Shown: in pieces, positions 28,178 to 42,129 of the stretch
How the letters are laid out: each line of letters begins with the position of its first letter
Position numbering within the stretch: the stretch's first letter is position 1
DNA from: Eledone cirrhosa
Lineage: Eukaryota
Assembly (NCBI GenBank): GCA_964016885.1
Contig: OZ024747.1
Span: forward strand, 40,982,001-41,046,000
DNA: 64,000 bases
Direction of reading: 5' to 3'
The notes under the pieces: generated by a model
Seen by the model: the letters and a program-made list of their open reading frames with translations, nothing else
The model's database searches: none
What the model was told of the DNA's origin: nothing
Made by a program: the position numbers and the translations under genes

Positions 28178-28427
28178 CCGTCGAAACGGCTTGAGCTCTG
28201 CCGTCGAGGTCATACTTTTTCCTATATATATACTTGATATTAACTCCTTGCGTTTCTGCTTATCGAGCACTATAAATTGAATGGTTATAAGCTGCCATTT
28301 TTAGCGGGCTTTTTGTTCTATTCATACCACTAGTCACTGCCTCGCGCGCACATTCTCCCTCTATTTACACGTGCTGCAGGTCAGTTACTTTAGGTCTCTC
28401 TAGTAGTGCCGACAATATCGGCCTGAG

Positions 28428-28509
28428 CACATGCTGATGATCTACAAGGCTGAATGTGGACCCCACTAATTTCATGGTGAAACATTCTCCTAGTGAGTCT
28501 GTACATGTG
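28428..28509 (+). ncRNA. Hammerhead ribozyme motif, partly decayed stems
   Basis: CACATG-CTGATGA-...-GAAACA..CTC ctagt GAG..TGTA-CATGTG. Confidence 0.6.
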
Positions 28510-28754
28510 TGATTTAGTTATGAGGTTGTTGTTTTTTATTATAATTTATCCTTTTACTTATAATGTATTTCCTATACCTCTCCTAGCTTATATTCTCTTG
28601 ACGCTGGTGGTTTTATAAATCCTGTAAATGAAAACACACTCTCCTGTGTTTTTCCTCTCTATTTTGTATTTTGAAGTGCCCAGGAAAACTTTTTCCTTTG
28701 AGCTCATTAAGTTACAGGGTTATACGCGAGTCCTTTACTTGATATATAATTATA

Positions 28755-29460
28755 AGTTTGAAGAACAGTCAGATAAAATTTACCCAAAATTTCTTCTTAG
28801 TCCGTAGAAATTAATTATATAAATAATCATTTAAACGGAGCTAAGTTTAAAATGTAATTTTGAAGAAATAACAGATAAATGTTAGCAGAAATTCCTCTAG
28901 TCCTGACTGTCGACAGTTTCACTCGTACTTTGTGGAATGTCTAATCGTTGCATTATCCATGAAGCTTCGAGTGTATCAAGAAACTCCATGAGTTAGGACC
29001 GAAATTTCCAAAGTGATCACCGTTAGTAACGAATTAAAAAGGGATGAAATTCGTCACGTGGATAGCGGTCAAGATAGAATTGTTGTGAAGAGTAGACCCA
29101 TGGCAAGTAAGTTCATTGCTAGAGGAAGCAGTTAGTTACCGCCTAAGGTTTACTCAACCGTAAGGGAGTGTAGAACAAAGTCATAAGGACATATATATAT
29201 TTAAACATAGTCACAGATACATATATGAGTGTTGGCTACCTTCAAAGGCGTGGCTCAATGAATGAATGAATTAAATAAATAATTATTAATCAGAGCCATA
29301 TTAAAATTTTAATTTTGAAGAACAGTCAGATAAAATTTACCTAATTTTTCTTCTTAGTCCGTAGAAATTAACTAGACAAATAATCATTTAAACGGAGCTA
29401 AGTTTAAAATGTAACTAGGAAGAAATAATAGATAAATATTACCAAAGTTTCCTCTAGTCG
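28755..29460. repeat. ~140 bp direct duplication (28757-28900 and 29315-29460)
   Basis: tttgaagaacagtcagataaaatttacc...cctctagtc occurs twice. Confidence 0.7.
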
Positions 29461-29579
29461 GGTCGCAGGTGGCAGATTCCGATACGACCTCCAGATATGA
29501 TGGTTAGTTGCGATATAAGCGAGCTTCTGTCGGACGAATAAGCAACCTCGGGTCAACAACGGTAAACTACTAGAGGATA

Positions 29580-30590
29580 TGGAGCAATGGGTGACACCTA
29601 TACCTTCCAGGAAAACTGTCACACCCCAGTGATGTAGCTAAGACGAGGTCAGTAAGATCCACACCTAAAAAGAATTCGCAAGTTTTTGAAAAGTACCTGA
29701 ATGGAGACTGGCACGAATAAGAGAACCAAAACACTGTCAATATGGTTAGAGGAAACATAATCAATCATACTCCATCGTCCTTTGCACGAGATCACAAGGG
29801 ACACATTCAGGCCTTATGTAGAGGAGCCTGTTCAAAAGATGTATTGCAATCTCCAGCCAACGCTGCAAGAACTGACGTTGGGCCTACAGGCTCGCCTGGG
29901 AGGAGACGGATGGAGGCACAAATGTTATGTATCGGGAGACCACAAGGAGGGTCCGGAAGGGAACAAACCTTGAAAGTTGGTAACTGGAACGTTAAAAACT
30001 TTGCATGAACTAGTGGAGGAGGCCTGATGTTACCGGCTAGATATGGTCGGGGTTACTCCCAATAAAGCTCCGTGGTCCTGGAACTGTAGATTTCGATGGA
30101 GGATGAAAACTCCACTATACAGGTGTGGTGCCAGAAATGACTGCACGGCTGGGTCTGGGGATACTCACAAGCTCCGGGCTGTCACAATCTTTAATGGACT
30201 GGGTCCTTTTTGTAAGGAGCATTTGCCTCTTGAAGTTGCAGCTGAAAGGGAGTCCGAATACAATCTTTCCTTGACGAAGTCGCTGCAGCGTTAGATGTAG
30301 TTAAGATAGAGTTGTATACCCTAATGAGAAACTTCAATGCACATGTTGGCACTGACCACCTGATATTGAAAGGAATGATTAGAAGAAACGGTGATCCCGA
30401 TTTAAATACGAATGGAGACTGATGCATCGAGTGCGTGAAAGATGGTGTATAACAACCATTAGCTCAGCTGGTCTAGCTTGGGTATCCAGCTGGATCATTT
30501 GGAGATGGTTGCTTCTGACAGGACCTGCTGGAAGACTTCCCCGAAGACACTGCCCGCACGACCCTCCAAAGAATATGTAGAGGAAGCAGA
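29580..30590 (+). mobile_element. Degraded, internally deleted RTE-clade LINE (APE remnant and 3' end); opposite-strand RTE 3' end at about 29450-29560
   Basis: KVGNWNVKTL, NFNAHVG, C-terminal [11 protein letters not shown]...LPARP. Confidence 0.6.
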
Positions 30591-30668
30591 TTATGTATAT
30601 ATATATATATATATATATAGGTATATAGAGAGAGAATCGGGAGATGCATATATATATGTGTGTGTGTG

Positions 30669-30741
<73 letters not shown>

Positions 30742-30745
<4 letters not shown>

Positions 30746-31908
30746 TACACAATAATCAAAGCTATGTTCAAATCATTTTATTGCTGACAATCGTTTCTTC
30801 CAAACTATCGTTTGGAATCATCGGAGCAGTAGCAATGTTTGTACATATAATTAACCTCCTATCCAATTGAACAATCATATAGACACATGGATATTAATGT
30901 TGTCAACAACAGTTTCGTATTTACAGAGTGGAATGGATGCGACATAAATTTCAGCCATGGATTGTACAAGGTGTACAATCCATGGCTGTGACTGATTAAA
31001 AACATTCACTAAAATAAAACATAGCCAATGTGATGGAAAAGATAGCAATAACATTGATGCTCTCAGCACATATACATTTAAACATTACAGAAACAACCCT
31101 CACATTACATCCACCATAAACACATAGTTTTAATACAAAAACATCTTTGCCTGCTTGATATGCTTGTAAACATATGTTATTTTATGTGATACCTTTGCCT
31201 TGCAGAAATTATGTATGCCTAGTACCATTGTTTGTTTCCTTCCTGTATATGACTAATGCATTTGCACTCTCTATATGCTTTCATATGTACTGCTAGTGTC
31301 CTCGTTTTACGAGTAACTTTCTACCTTAATGCCTCTTTAATTGTTATGCTATTCCCTTGTAATCTCTGTCGCATGCATTCCACTCTGTGCCTTTTTAATT
31401 TTTGATTTTTAATTTTTAATTTTTAATTTTTAATTTTTAATTTTTAATTTTTAATTTTTAATTTTTAATTTTTAATTTTTAATTTTTAATTTTTAATTTT
31501 TAATTTTTAATTTTTAATTTTTAATATTTAATTTTTAATTTTTAATTTTAATTATTGTACAATTCTCTTGAAATCTATGTCGCATCCATTCCACTTTGTA
31601 AATACGAAACTTTTATTGACAACATTAATATCCATGTGTCTATATGATTGTTCAGTTGGATAGGAGGTTAATTATATGTACAAACATTGCTACTGCTCCG
31701 ATAATTCCAAACGATAGTTTGGAAGAAACAATTGTCAGCAATAAAATGATTTGAACATATCTTTGATTATTGTGTAATTTATATTCCGGCTCTGTAAAAC
31801 ATCTCATGTATTTACATTGAGCTATTTTCTTACTGGTAATAAGGTAGTAATAAATTACTGACCTTTCCTGTTTATAGTTGTATATAGTGTATATACAATA
31901 ATACTATA

Positions 31909-31915
<7 letters not shown>
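30742..31915 (+). mobile_element. Non-coding family F PLE derivative with ~210 bp inverted arm, hammerheads at 30782-30828 (-) and 31694-31740 (+), internal (AATTTTT)n
   Basis: Colinear with the 3' UTR and terminus at 44990-45720; 30742-30950 is the reverse complement of 31570-31782. Confidence 0.8.
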
Positions 31916-31988
<73 letters not shown>

Positions 31989-32867
31989 AGTATGTATGTT
32001 ATTCTTTAATACTTATAGCCATACGCCTTCAAAAGTACCATAAATATTTCACTGTTAATATTATAACCTCTTTCAATCTCATGATCTCAATTTTTTGTTA
32101 TAGTTCTCTCTATACAGGGTGGAGAGAGGTAGAGATAATTCGAGTATTGATTTTTTTCAGCGTCCATCCTGAGCTCACGTCAATCGCTTCGTTTCCATAT
32201 GCCTGAATGCCGTCATTTCTAAGAGTGGTTTATGTGGGAGAGAAAAAGATTCTTCAATTGGATATTTTGGCTTGTAGTCAACATACATACATACACACAT
32301 GCAAACATACATACATAAATACATACTAACATACATACATAGATTCATACATATATACATACATAGTTTCTTACATACATACATTCATGCATACATAGAT
32401 TCTTACATACATACATACATACATACATAGATTCATACATACATATATAGATTCATACATATATACATACATAGATTCTTACATACATACATTCAAGCAT
32501 ACATACATAGATTCTTACATACATACATACATAGATTCATACATACATACATACATAGATTCATACATATATACATAGATTCATACATACATACATAGAT
32601 ACATACATACATATCTACATAACTACATACATACATTTATACATACATTCATTCATACTTACATACATAGACACATACATATATACATACCTACATACAC
32701 ACACACACACACACATACACACATACACATACATACATATGTACGGTGTATATATTGGAGATTCAGCTTGTTGATTTTAGGGCATGTTAATATTTTCTTT
32801 TTTACATAATCAATAATATAGCTAAGCTAAATTCTCTTGATGGCAGAATTGAATGTATGTATGTTAT

Positions 32868-33473
32868 GTCAGGTCACCAGTTGGTGCTACAGGTAACATG
32901 TATCCCAGTACAACCTGTCTCATAGTCGGGTCGTTGGCGACTAAACTGGCAACCCCACCAAGGTTTCTTGGTGAGGAGGGTGACTGGACATCCTGCAGGA
33001 CTAAAAACAAAACCTGTCAAAGGGCAACGGAGCTCTTAAGAGTCAATGGCCATCCAAAATCACCGGGAGAGATGACCCCTTAGCCTTTTGAAAGGCAGAA
33101 TTCTAGGAGAAGGAAAACTCTGATATAACACCTGCAACTCTGATGGTATCCAATGATGTTGACTTGTTCTTCTTTTTGGTAAATATCATCTTGGTTAAGA
33201 GAGTGGGACTGGCTTTGTGCAGTGCCTTTGCTCACTATAAAAGCTTCACGGCACAGGCATTGCTTTATATCTGGAGATTTCTCTGCACTTGTCGTCACAT
33301 AGTACCATGGGCCCAGCACTGTGTCAGTAATTGTCACAAGTGTAGTGTTTGTACCAGAGTTTTCAAGTCGCTGGCTGGACTAAAAAGTCACACTCGTTCA
33401 GCGCATCGGTAGGGGTTCTCCTACATGGATATAAAGTAGTGGCCGTACTCGAAAACGAGTTGGCAGCCACCAT
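32868..33473 (+). mobile_element. Family A copy 5, followed by ~385 bp (TATG)n
   Basis: Full length with the same ends. Confidence 0.9.
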
Positions 33474-33513
33474 GTAAGTATGTATGTATGTATGTTTGTA
33501 TGTATGTATGTGC

Positions 33514-33544
<31 letters not shown>

Positions 33545-33867
33545 TGTATGTATGTATGTATGTATGTATGTATGTATATATGTATGTATGTATGTATGTT
33601 TGTATGTGCATATGTATGTATGTATGTATATATGTATGTATGTATGTATGTTTGTATGTGCATATGTATGTATGTGAGTGTATGTATGTATGTATGTATG
33701 TATGTATGTATGTATGTATGTATGTATGTATGTATGTGAGTGTATGTATGTACGTATGTGCATGTATGTATGTATGTGAGTGTATGTATGTGAGTGTATG
33801 TATGTGCATGTATGTATGTATGTATGTGAGTGTATGTATGTATGTGCATGTATGTATGGATTGTAGG

Positions 33868-34430
33868 AGAGGGTGCAGTAATGCGCAAGCTTCAGCAGAA
33901 GGAGAGAGATGTAAAAGCCAAACTCGCCATTTTCAATTCAAGACTCGTGCCAACCCTTACCTATAGTCATTTAAACTTGGATAATGACTGAAAAAATACA
34001 ATCGCGAACACAAGTAGCCAAAATGGGGTTCCTCTGACGGGTCTTTGAACTAATGTTACTCGATAGAGTTTGTAGATTGGAGATCAGAGACTCGCTTCAA
34101 GTAATGCCGCTACTTCTCCGAATTACAAGATCACGGCTCCAATATTTTGGACATGGGATTAGAATGTCCCAGGAAGCAGATTTTACGGGCAAAACCAACC
34201 GACAGGAGACCCAGAGAATAGTGGCCTTGTTTAGACATATGATACGCATATATGAAGAAGAGAAACGTGGTGCCAGTGAATGGAAGCCGTAGTTGAGGAA
34301 GCGTGAAATATAACTGAGCAGAAGTGCGTAGAGCTAATTTCAACATGCTGAGCCCCACGGAAGAGATGGTGAAGGAATGTTGCGAGTGGAGGGAGGCTGA
34401 TCTGGAGACAACCCGCCCAACCCATGGAAA
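33868..34430 (+). mobile_element. Degraded RTE-clade LINE 3' fragment
   Basis: VPTLTY..WIMTEKIQSRTQVAKMGFL, RLQYFGH.IRM. Confidence 0.65.
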
Positions 34431-35063
34431 GCAGACGTAAAATTATTATGACGATGATGATCATGATGATCGTGATTCTAAGCGCCTACTCGTGTAAAAT
34501 ATTATTCTACTTCAGAATGTACGACGAAATCGGTTCGCTGAGGAAAACTAATTACTCTGAAACGTGCCACTGGTCTATCTATCTCTTGTATTTGCCTAAC
34601 CGATTAAAATGGTATTAATCATTGTTCTGATGTTGTCTTTTACTCACCGAATTTACATTGAATTTCTTACAGCTCACTACGTAAAAGTGTTATCACTAAC
34701 TGGATTATAGCTAATTGTTTTTTTTTTATAATCTCTTGAGCATTCAGCGTAAGATGTTTTTATTTAGATACGCAGCCAAAAAAATTAAGGTGTAAGTATA
34801 TATCTGATAATGTGAGATTGTCTTCTTCATCTTCAGTGGCATTATTAGCACAATTAAATTAAGATAGCTTCACTGTTAGATACAATCGAGTTAGAGGATA
34901 ATTAAACAAAGTCAGCATTTACTTTCTTCTGTATTGCTTACTATTTCATAAACATTTGTTTTATAGGCAGAAGGCAATTGTGTTTAATTAAATTCAAATC
35001 AATATGCAAGAAGATAAAAGGATATTACCAACAAGAAAATAAATAGGATATTACCAACTAGTG

Positions 35064-35390
35064 AAGGCGTGTGGCTGTGAAGTTAGGGTATTCGGCTCAT
35101 AACCGTAAGGTCGTGAGTTCGATTTTCGGCGGTGCGTTGTGTCCTTGAGCCAAACACTTTATTTCCTGTTGCTCTAGTCAATTCAGCTGGCAAACATTAG
35201 TTGTACCTGTAATACGAAGGTCCAGCCTTGTTACATTCTGTGTCACTCTGAATCTCCCTGAGAACTACGTTAAGGGTACGCGTGTCTGTGGAAAGTTCAG
35301 CCATTTGCACGTTAATTTCACGTGCAGGCTTTTCCGTTTAACTGAACGTATCAACTGCAAAACTCTTCGTCGTAAGCGACGGTGTGCCAG
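35064..35390 (+). mobile_element. Second tRNA-derived SINE family
   Basis: tRNA-like head gtggct...ggtcgtgagttcgatt followed by ttgtgtccttgagc..aacacttt domain. Confidence 0.7.
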
Positions 35391-35498
35391 TTATATCGAC
35401 ATGGTTAGTATTGTATGTATATCACACACATTCCAAGAGATCCGAAACCGCGACAAAACAAAAACAATAATAATGAAAAATATACATCTTCCACTTAC

Positions 35499-35613
35499 TG
35501 GTCTGCTGTGTACCTCTCCTAAGATACAGCTAAAGATGATGAACACAATATTTCTGAAAACAAATGTCAGCATCAAGTTGCAGTGTATGAGAGTTCGAAC
35601 ACAATGTAAACTC
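35499..35613 (-). CDS. Next exon of the same class B1 GPCR: ICL1 and TM2 (CRF/DH44-receptor-like)
   Basis: Acceptor tttctttctttatttacag, donor CCA|GTAAGT; first G completes AGG (Arg) split from the previous exon, then SLHCVRTLIHCNLMLTFVFRNIVFIIFSCILGEVHSRP, the class B R.L.C.R..IH.NL...F signature. Confidence 0.9.
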
Positions 35614-35765
35614 CTGTAAATAAAGAAAGAAATCAAAGATAGTTAGTGGCAACAACGTTGAGATTTGATGATAATTCCTATCAAGTAGAAAATAATTAAA
35701 CCGAACAATTTCATTAGGTTCTAATAAATTCAATTTGGAAAACTATTTGAAAACATTATTTTCTA

Positions 35766-35872
35766 TCCCGCCGATGTTAACTTTGCCTTTCATCCTTACG
35801 GGGTCGATAAAATAAAGTACCAGTAATGCACTGGGTAATTGCTGGTCTTGTGCCAAAAGTAGAAACAATTAT
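35766..35872 (+). mobile_element. tRNA-derived SINE 3' half
   Basis: gcctttcatccttacggggtcgataaaataaagtaccag...agtagaaacaatt. Confidence 0.8.
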
Positions 35873-35952
35873 TTTCTATAAGACGCCATACATGTGTATG
35901 TGTGTATGCATGTACATATATATATATATATATATACATGCGTACACACATC

Positions 35953-36001
<49 letters not shown>

Positions 36002-36023
36002 TGTGTGTGTTTGTCGAGGGGTG

Positions 36024-36093
<70 letters not shown>

Positions 36094-36618
36094 TCGAGGG
36101 GTGTATATGTGTGAATGTGAATGTGTGTGTATGCGAACTCGTGCGAAATTATTTTTAAAAAACCCAGCAATTAGAGCCACTCTTTCCACATAAAACAGAA
36201 ATAACTTTCGAACACCAACCAGATGCGAGAAAAATCACAAACCCTCCATTTCAATTCTACTTTTGAAAAGCATAAGAACTGTGAAACCTGTAAAGGAAAC
36301 AAATAAATATTCTTAAAAAGACTCCAGTTACATTTTCGATCTCCTGTTTATTCTTAAATTTGTATCAAGTTTCGTTGTGACCTATCCTTTCTTTCTCCCT
36401 ATCTATTTTGTTGCTATCAACTCTTCTCCTTCTTTCTTCCCCTCCCTTTCACTTTCACTCTCCCTCTCTCTGCTAGCAACCTCACTGTTTCCCTCGCCTG
36501 CTCCTCCAGGTGTCTCTTTCTCTCTTTCTCTTGCGAAGGTGAGGCATGTTTTTTTCTCGTCCACACCAATCTCCAACTTGTCTTCAGTAATTGATGTTGA
36601 CTTTAATTTCTCTCTCTC

Positions 36619-36671
<53 letters not shown>

Positions 36672-37008
36672 GTTGCTCACACAGAAGTGCTTCGGGTTTC
36701 CCGCTTCGGTTTGTTGCTTCCCGTTTTGGTGGGGGGTTTTATCGCTGTTTTTTTTTACTTTGTCTTCCCTCTTCCCTTCTGTTACTATTTTTTCTCTCTC
36801 TCTTTCCCCCTTTTTTTCCCAATAAATTCCTTGAGTTATTGACGCCCTAGGGTGAGACATATTGTCTTTAATGCGTTGAAATGTCAAAGACCCCCAGCAG
36901 ACAACTGATGAAGAAAAATGTTCTCCCGTTTTTGCTTCCCTCTTTTTATAAGTACACATTATCCAGCAACTACGCAGCCCGTTTATTCTTATATATATAT
37001 ATATATAT

Positions 37009-40000
37009 GGGCGGGTAAAATTCCCGAGATTCATGGACGAGTTCTCTCCAGTAGTCTCTGTCCTTCATCATCGCCGCCATGTCTGGTGTCTCCCAGAGAC
37101 CAGTGTCTGTCTTTAGGGTATCAATATATGTCAACTTCGGTCTCCCTCTTCTAGTGTGTCCGTATAAGGACTCTCACAGGAGCACTGAGTGTAGTGTCAA
37201 TTCTGAATGTCGGTGAGCATGTCCAGCTAACTTTAGTCTCCTCTGTGTTACTTTCGAGCTGAATTTTGGGAGGCTTCCGTACAGTTCTGAGTTCTTCATC
37301 TTCGATGCATACTGATTAATGTTCAGAGCCATCCTCAGCATTCTCATGTAGCACCCATCCACCATCTGAGTGAGTTTCTTGGTTAGTGTCCAAGTTCAGA
37401 TCCGTACAGTAACACAGACTCCACTGTAGCAACGAAGAGAGGGATCTTTAAGGAGGTCCGACTTCCACACCAATCTCAAACTGTGGCACGCCGCTCAGGC
37501 TCTGCTCTTCCTCTCAACCACATCATCTTCTGTGTTCCCAATCTTTGCTCCCATATACAGGCAGTCCTCAACCAACTCTAGCAGCTTCCCGCCTACATTC
37601 ATAATCTTCTCTGGCTTCTTAATGTTCTCTACCAGATACTTCATCTTAATCTCATTCATTCTCAGCCCCACACTCATCGACACAGTCTCCAACTCCTGCA
37701 TCAAATCCTCTGCCTCCTTCACTGTATTTCTCACCAGAACTATGTCTTCAGCAAATTCAACATCTGATATCTTTTTAGCGTTAAATCTCCTGATCTGAGC
37801 CAGTACTACAGTAAAGCCAGAGTCCTAGTGTTTCTCCAGTGCAAGGCACATACAATAGTCCACTGCTATTGTAAAAGGTAGGGAGCCGATGTATCTTCCT
37901 GAAGCACTCCAGCCAGAATCTCAAAGAACTCAGTAATTCCGCTCTGGTATTGGTATAGAGCAGTAATATCAGATCCCCTATCTTCTTGGGTATTCCGTAA
38001 GCCTGTAAGATCTTCATCAGGCAGTGACGGTTCAAGGATCAAACGCCTTCCTAAAATCAACGAAAACCATGACAGCAGGAAGGCTCTTTGCTCTAGCTCC
38101 CTCTAATATCCTCCTCAGCATCAGGATATACTGGTGGTTGATCTTCCCTCTCTGAAGCTGTTCTGATTGTCCTTGAGATTCTTCTCCATCTCAGGCAGGA
38201 TCCTGTTAAGAATCATCCTGTTGAGGGTCTTTGCCGTAAGTGATGTCAGTGAGATCCCCCTGTGATTGTTGATGTTAGAGAGATCTCCCTTCTTTGGCAC
38301 TGGAACGATGTTACTGATCCTTCACTGATTCGAGGAAACTCCTTTCTCTAGTGCCTGGTTACAGATCTCCAGGATGATATTCATCAAAATCCCACCTCTT
38401 CATCACCTCTGATGCCACTCCATCTTCGCCATGGGCCTTGCCCTCCTTCATCTTCCTCTTGGCTCTCTGAAGCTCCTCTCTGGTAAAGGGTCCTGTCTCA
38501 ATATCCAGTTCCTCAAACATCTGTCTCATCTCCCCAGTGTTCTGGGCTGTAGGGGCGGCTCTCCTAGTAGGGTCTTAAAATGGTCCAGCTATTTCCTCTT
38601 CCTATCCTCGGGCCCTGTTCCTTGGATCTGACTCGAACTCCCTCTCTTCCTCCCTGAGATCTTGTTGATGATCGTCCAGCTCTCTTTACATCCAGACCTG
38701 TCAACCACACTCTCCACACTTCTGATCTCTATCAGCGTCGCCTCTCTGGCCTCAGTGTAAGCGGTACAGAGTTCTTCGTTAATCACCTCCATATTCTCCC
38801 TCCTCTGCTCCGTAGGATCGGCATGGAATTGGTCCTTGGCAGCTTTCAGGTGTTCTCTGGTTGCACACACTTTTGGGTCTGCAGAGCTGACGTGCTTCCT
38901 CTACTTTCTCCTCGGAACCAGGGTCTCACTTGCTTCTGCCACTGCATTGGTGTACCTCCTCGTCACACTCTCCTCAGTACCTCCAATCTCTCTCTCCTCT
39001 GCCTCTCCATACAGAGCACTGAACCTGTCCCTCACTTCCACTATGTACCGCTCCTGTAGCTTATCATCTTTACAAGCTTCCCAGTCATAGATTGCTCTCC
39101 GGGCTGAGCCTTACTCTTTCTTAACCTAACCCGGACCTCACTCATAACAAGCCGGTGGTCACTGCACAGTGTACTGAAATAGTTGTATGGTTCTGTTATC
39201 AGAACACTATTCCGCCAATTCTTCCTCGCCAGAATGAAATCAATCTGGGACTTGGACAGGTGCATATCAGAGATGTAGGTCCACATCTTCCCTGGATTCT
39301 TCCTAAACCTTAGATTGGTTGCCATCAAGTTCGCTTCCAGCAGGGTGGCTCTCAGTAGTCTTCCATTTCAGTTGGTCTTGTAATGGAAGTACCAGCAAGG
39401 ATCTTCACTGCTCTCCTTACTCAGATGTGCATTGAAGTCCCCCAGAACAAGCAGGATGCTATGAGCTGGTGTGGTGTTGACAGCTCTACACACTTCATCA
39501 TGGAAATCCTCCGCACTCACATCACTGTCCCCCTCGGTTGGACTATAGGCTGGGATGGCAGTCAGCCTTGGGTTTCCATTGAAAGTCATTCTCAATACGG
39601 GGAGACAGGTATCATTTCTCTCACTAATAGATTGGCTCTTGCACTGAACACAAAACCCACGCCTCTTACTGCAGCGTTAGTTGTGTTCCTCACTGCTGAT
39701 GTGGTGATGAGCTGGCTCCTCTCCTCAATCATCACTCTCTTCACGGGTTCATCATGTAGGATCCGGTGTTCTTGGATCACAAGTATCTGCATACCACTCT
39801 CCTCGAACAGATGACCCAATTCCTCCCTCTTCTCCAGCGTCCGAACAGTCCTCACATTCAGAGTGCTCATTTAATGGCTCTTCTGCAGGGCAAAACAGTA
39901 TTCTTTACATTTGTCTCAGAGACAGCTGATCCATCATCCACTGGCCCTCCCTGTGGCTCTAAACCTGCAGAGTCATAACGACCAGACTGCTCCTTGACAA

Positions 40001-40262
40001 TGTAGTTAGGGGCTCTAACCCTAGTGCTTTTAAATACACTCTCCATGGTTCTTTTCATTGTCTGATAATACATTACTGGCACCACTAGAGGAAGGTAAGT
40101 ATTTAACCCATACATGGGGCCCTAACAGGTACTAGTACTCTGGGCCAGAGCAAACCTGGGAGTGATAACAAATAAGGGGTAACTCCACATTCCCCACAGC
40201 TCCTGAACTCCCGAATTGGGGCCTTGCCACTGGATGCAGTTTCATGTCATACCCAGGACATA
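37009..40262 (-). mobile_element. Full-length RTE-clade LINE (single APE-RT ORF, frameshifted), between (TA)n tracts
   Basis: TLNVRT..IQEHR, AYSPT, GDFNAH, SQIDFIL, SDHR, FAEDI, RRLKLAGH; colinear with 54122-57315. Confidence 0.9.
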
Positions 40263-40302
40263 TATAGTCACTTCTATATCAAACATTGTATATATATATA
40301 TA

Positions 40303-41745
40303 TATTGTTATACTTGGGGAGGGTCATATGTGTGTAATATTGCCAGAATTAATAACAGAACACACTCACTGTTTGGTTGGTTTTCGCTTCTGTGTCTTTT
40401 ATATCAGTTAATTTAATTCATTCGGTCCTCAATGTTACCATTGACTGACCAACGGTCAAAAATACAGATACAATTTAGACACAAACACATATATATATAG
40501 TCTAACAAAGTTCTTTCGTTGCACATCTGCAACAACGTCAGTGGTGCTATTATGTTTCCTCCTATTGTATGTCTACGCCATCTTTATTTAGTCTCTTTAT
40601 TTATTTATTTATTTATTTATTTATTTTTGCCTTCTTCTCTGCGCATGCGTTTGCGTCTGTGTATTGTGTTTAGGTGACTGTGTATTGGTTATTGTATTCT
40701 ATCTTAGTTTACTAGTATGTGTTTATATTCTCTTAGGTCAGTATTCTATTTCGCTGGCCTCTCTTATTTGCCTATCTGCTGGGTCATTACTATGTTTAGA
40801 TATAATTTTAATTTCTATGTTGTCTATGTTACCGTCGTGTTGTTATCTGGCATGTTCGTATAGTACTGAGCCGTGTTTTCGTCCTTTTAGTTCCCTCCAG
40901 TGTTGGTCTATCCTTTCACCAATGCTACGAGCTGTCTTGCCTATGTATGTTGTTGTCATGTTTCTGCAAGTAAGCTCTGTACATCTTATGCTATAGACTA
41001 CGTTTCTAGTCTTACAGTTTTCCGGGGGTTTACTTTACATATAATACATTTCCTGTTAGTTCAGTGGGTTTTCTTAAAAGTGTAGGTTTTGCTGATCAGG
41101 GATTTTATGGTGGTTCCTGGCTTTTCTACCACCTTAATCTTTAAGTGGGTCTTTCTCAGGGCCTTTCTACACTGGTTAGCTAATTTCCCTCCAGCGTCCA
41201 CAAACATGACACTATGGTATCTCTGGTTGTCGTAGTATTAGGTGGCTTTCCCTATCTTATGTCTAGTCCTATCTAAGTTATTCCATGATTTGCTCCAGTA
41301 TAATGGGCAAATTCCTTTCATGTCCAGTTCTATGAGGGTCTTATACTTCTCCCTGGCTCCTTCGTATACTCTGATTCTGTCTCTTTGGTTGTAGCCAGAG
41401 AACTGCATGTGGTTGATGAAGTATTGGATGTGTCTTTCCATTTCTGTTGGGTCGCACATGCGGGACACGTTCTTCATCACTCGTACCAAGTCTGCGATCA
41501 GAATATTAAACATAGCACTACTTGACATTGGTGAGTTTTTGAGTATCAGGTATTTGGAGGCCATGGGTTTAGCGTAGTGTGAGTGGAGAATTTGGGGTCT
41601 CTCGTCTATAGTGTTAGTCCAGAGTTCCGTGTCTAATACAGGTAGTCTATTGTTAGGGTGTTTGGAAGGGTAGTCGATAGTTACAGTTATACTCTGGTGT
41701 ATCGAATTAGCTATCTGGTGGATGCTTTCCATTGTGCTACGTTCT
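40303..41745 (-). mobile_element. 5' truncated PLE related to family B (RT thumb, GIY-YIG, terminus with hammerhead-like motif 40506-40543)
   Basis: IANSI..DYPSKH...[42 protein letters not shown]; ends atgaccctccccaagtataacaat. Confidence 0.85.
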
Positions 41746-41885
<140 letters not shown>

Positions 41886-41890
41886 ATATA

Positions 41891-42115
41891 TACCGATACT
41901 GCCAATCCACCGCCCTTATATATAACAATTGTTTCTATTTTAGGCACAAGGCCAGCAATTAACCAGTACATTACTGGTACTTTATTTTATCGACCCCGTA
42001 AGGATGAAAGGCAAAGTTAACCTCGGCCGGATTTGAACTCAGATCGTAAAGAGACGTAACTATGCTGGAAAGCATGGCGTCCGACCCTCTACTGATACTG
42101 CCAATCCACGGCCCT
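41891..42115 (-). mobile_element. tRNA-derived SINE plus start of a second unit
   Basis: Reverse complement of 46443-46665 including the inter-unit junction. Confidence 0.85.
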
Positions 42116-42129
42116 AAACTAATAATATA

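Noticed and set aside
36905-36925. CTGATGA-AGAA..TTCT as a hammerhead; similar partial motifs near 23950-24000 and 34538-34575
   Set aside because: GAAA, stem III or stem I pairing is missing.
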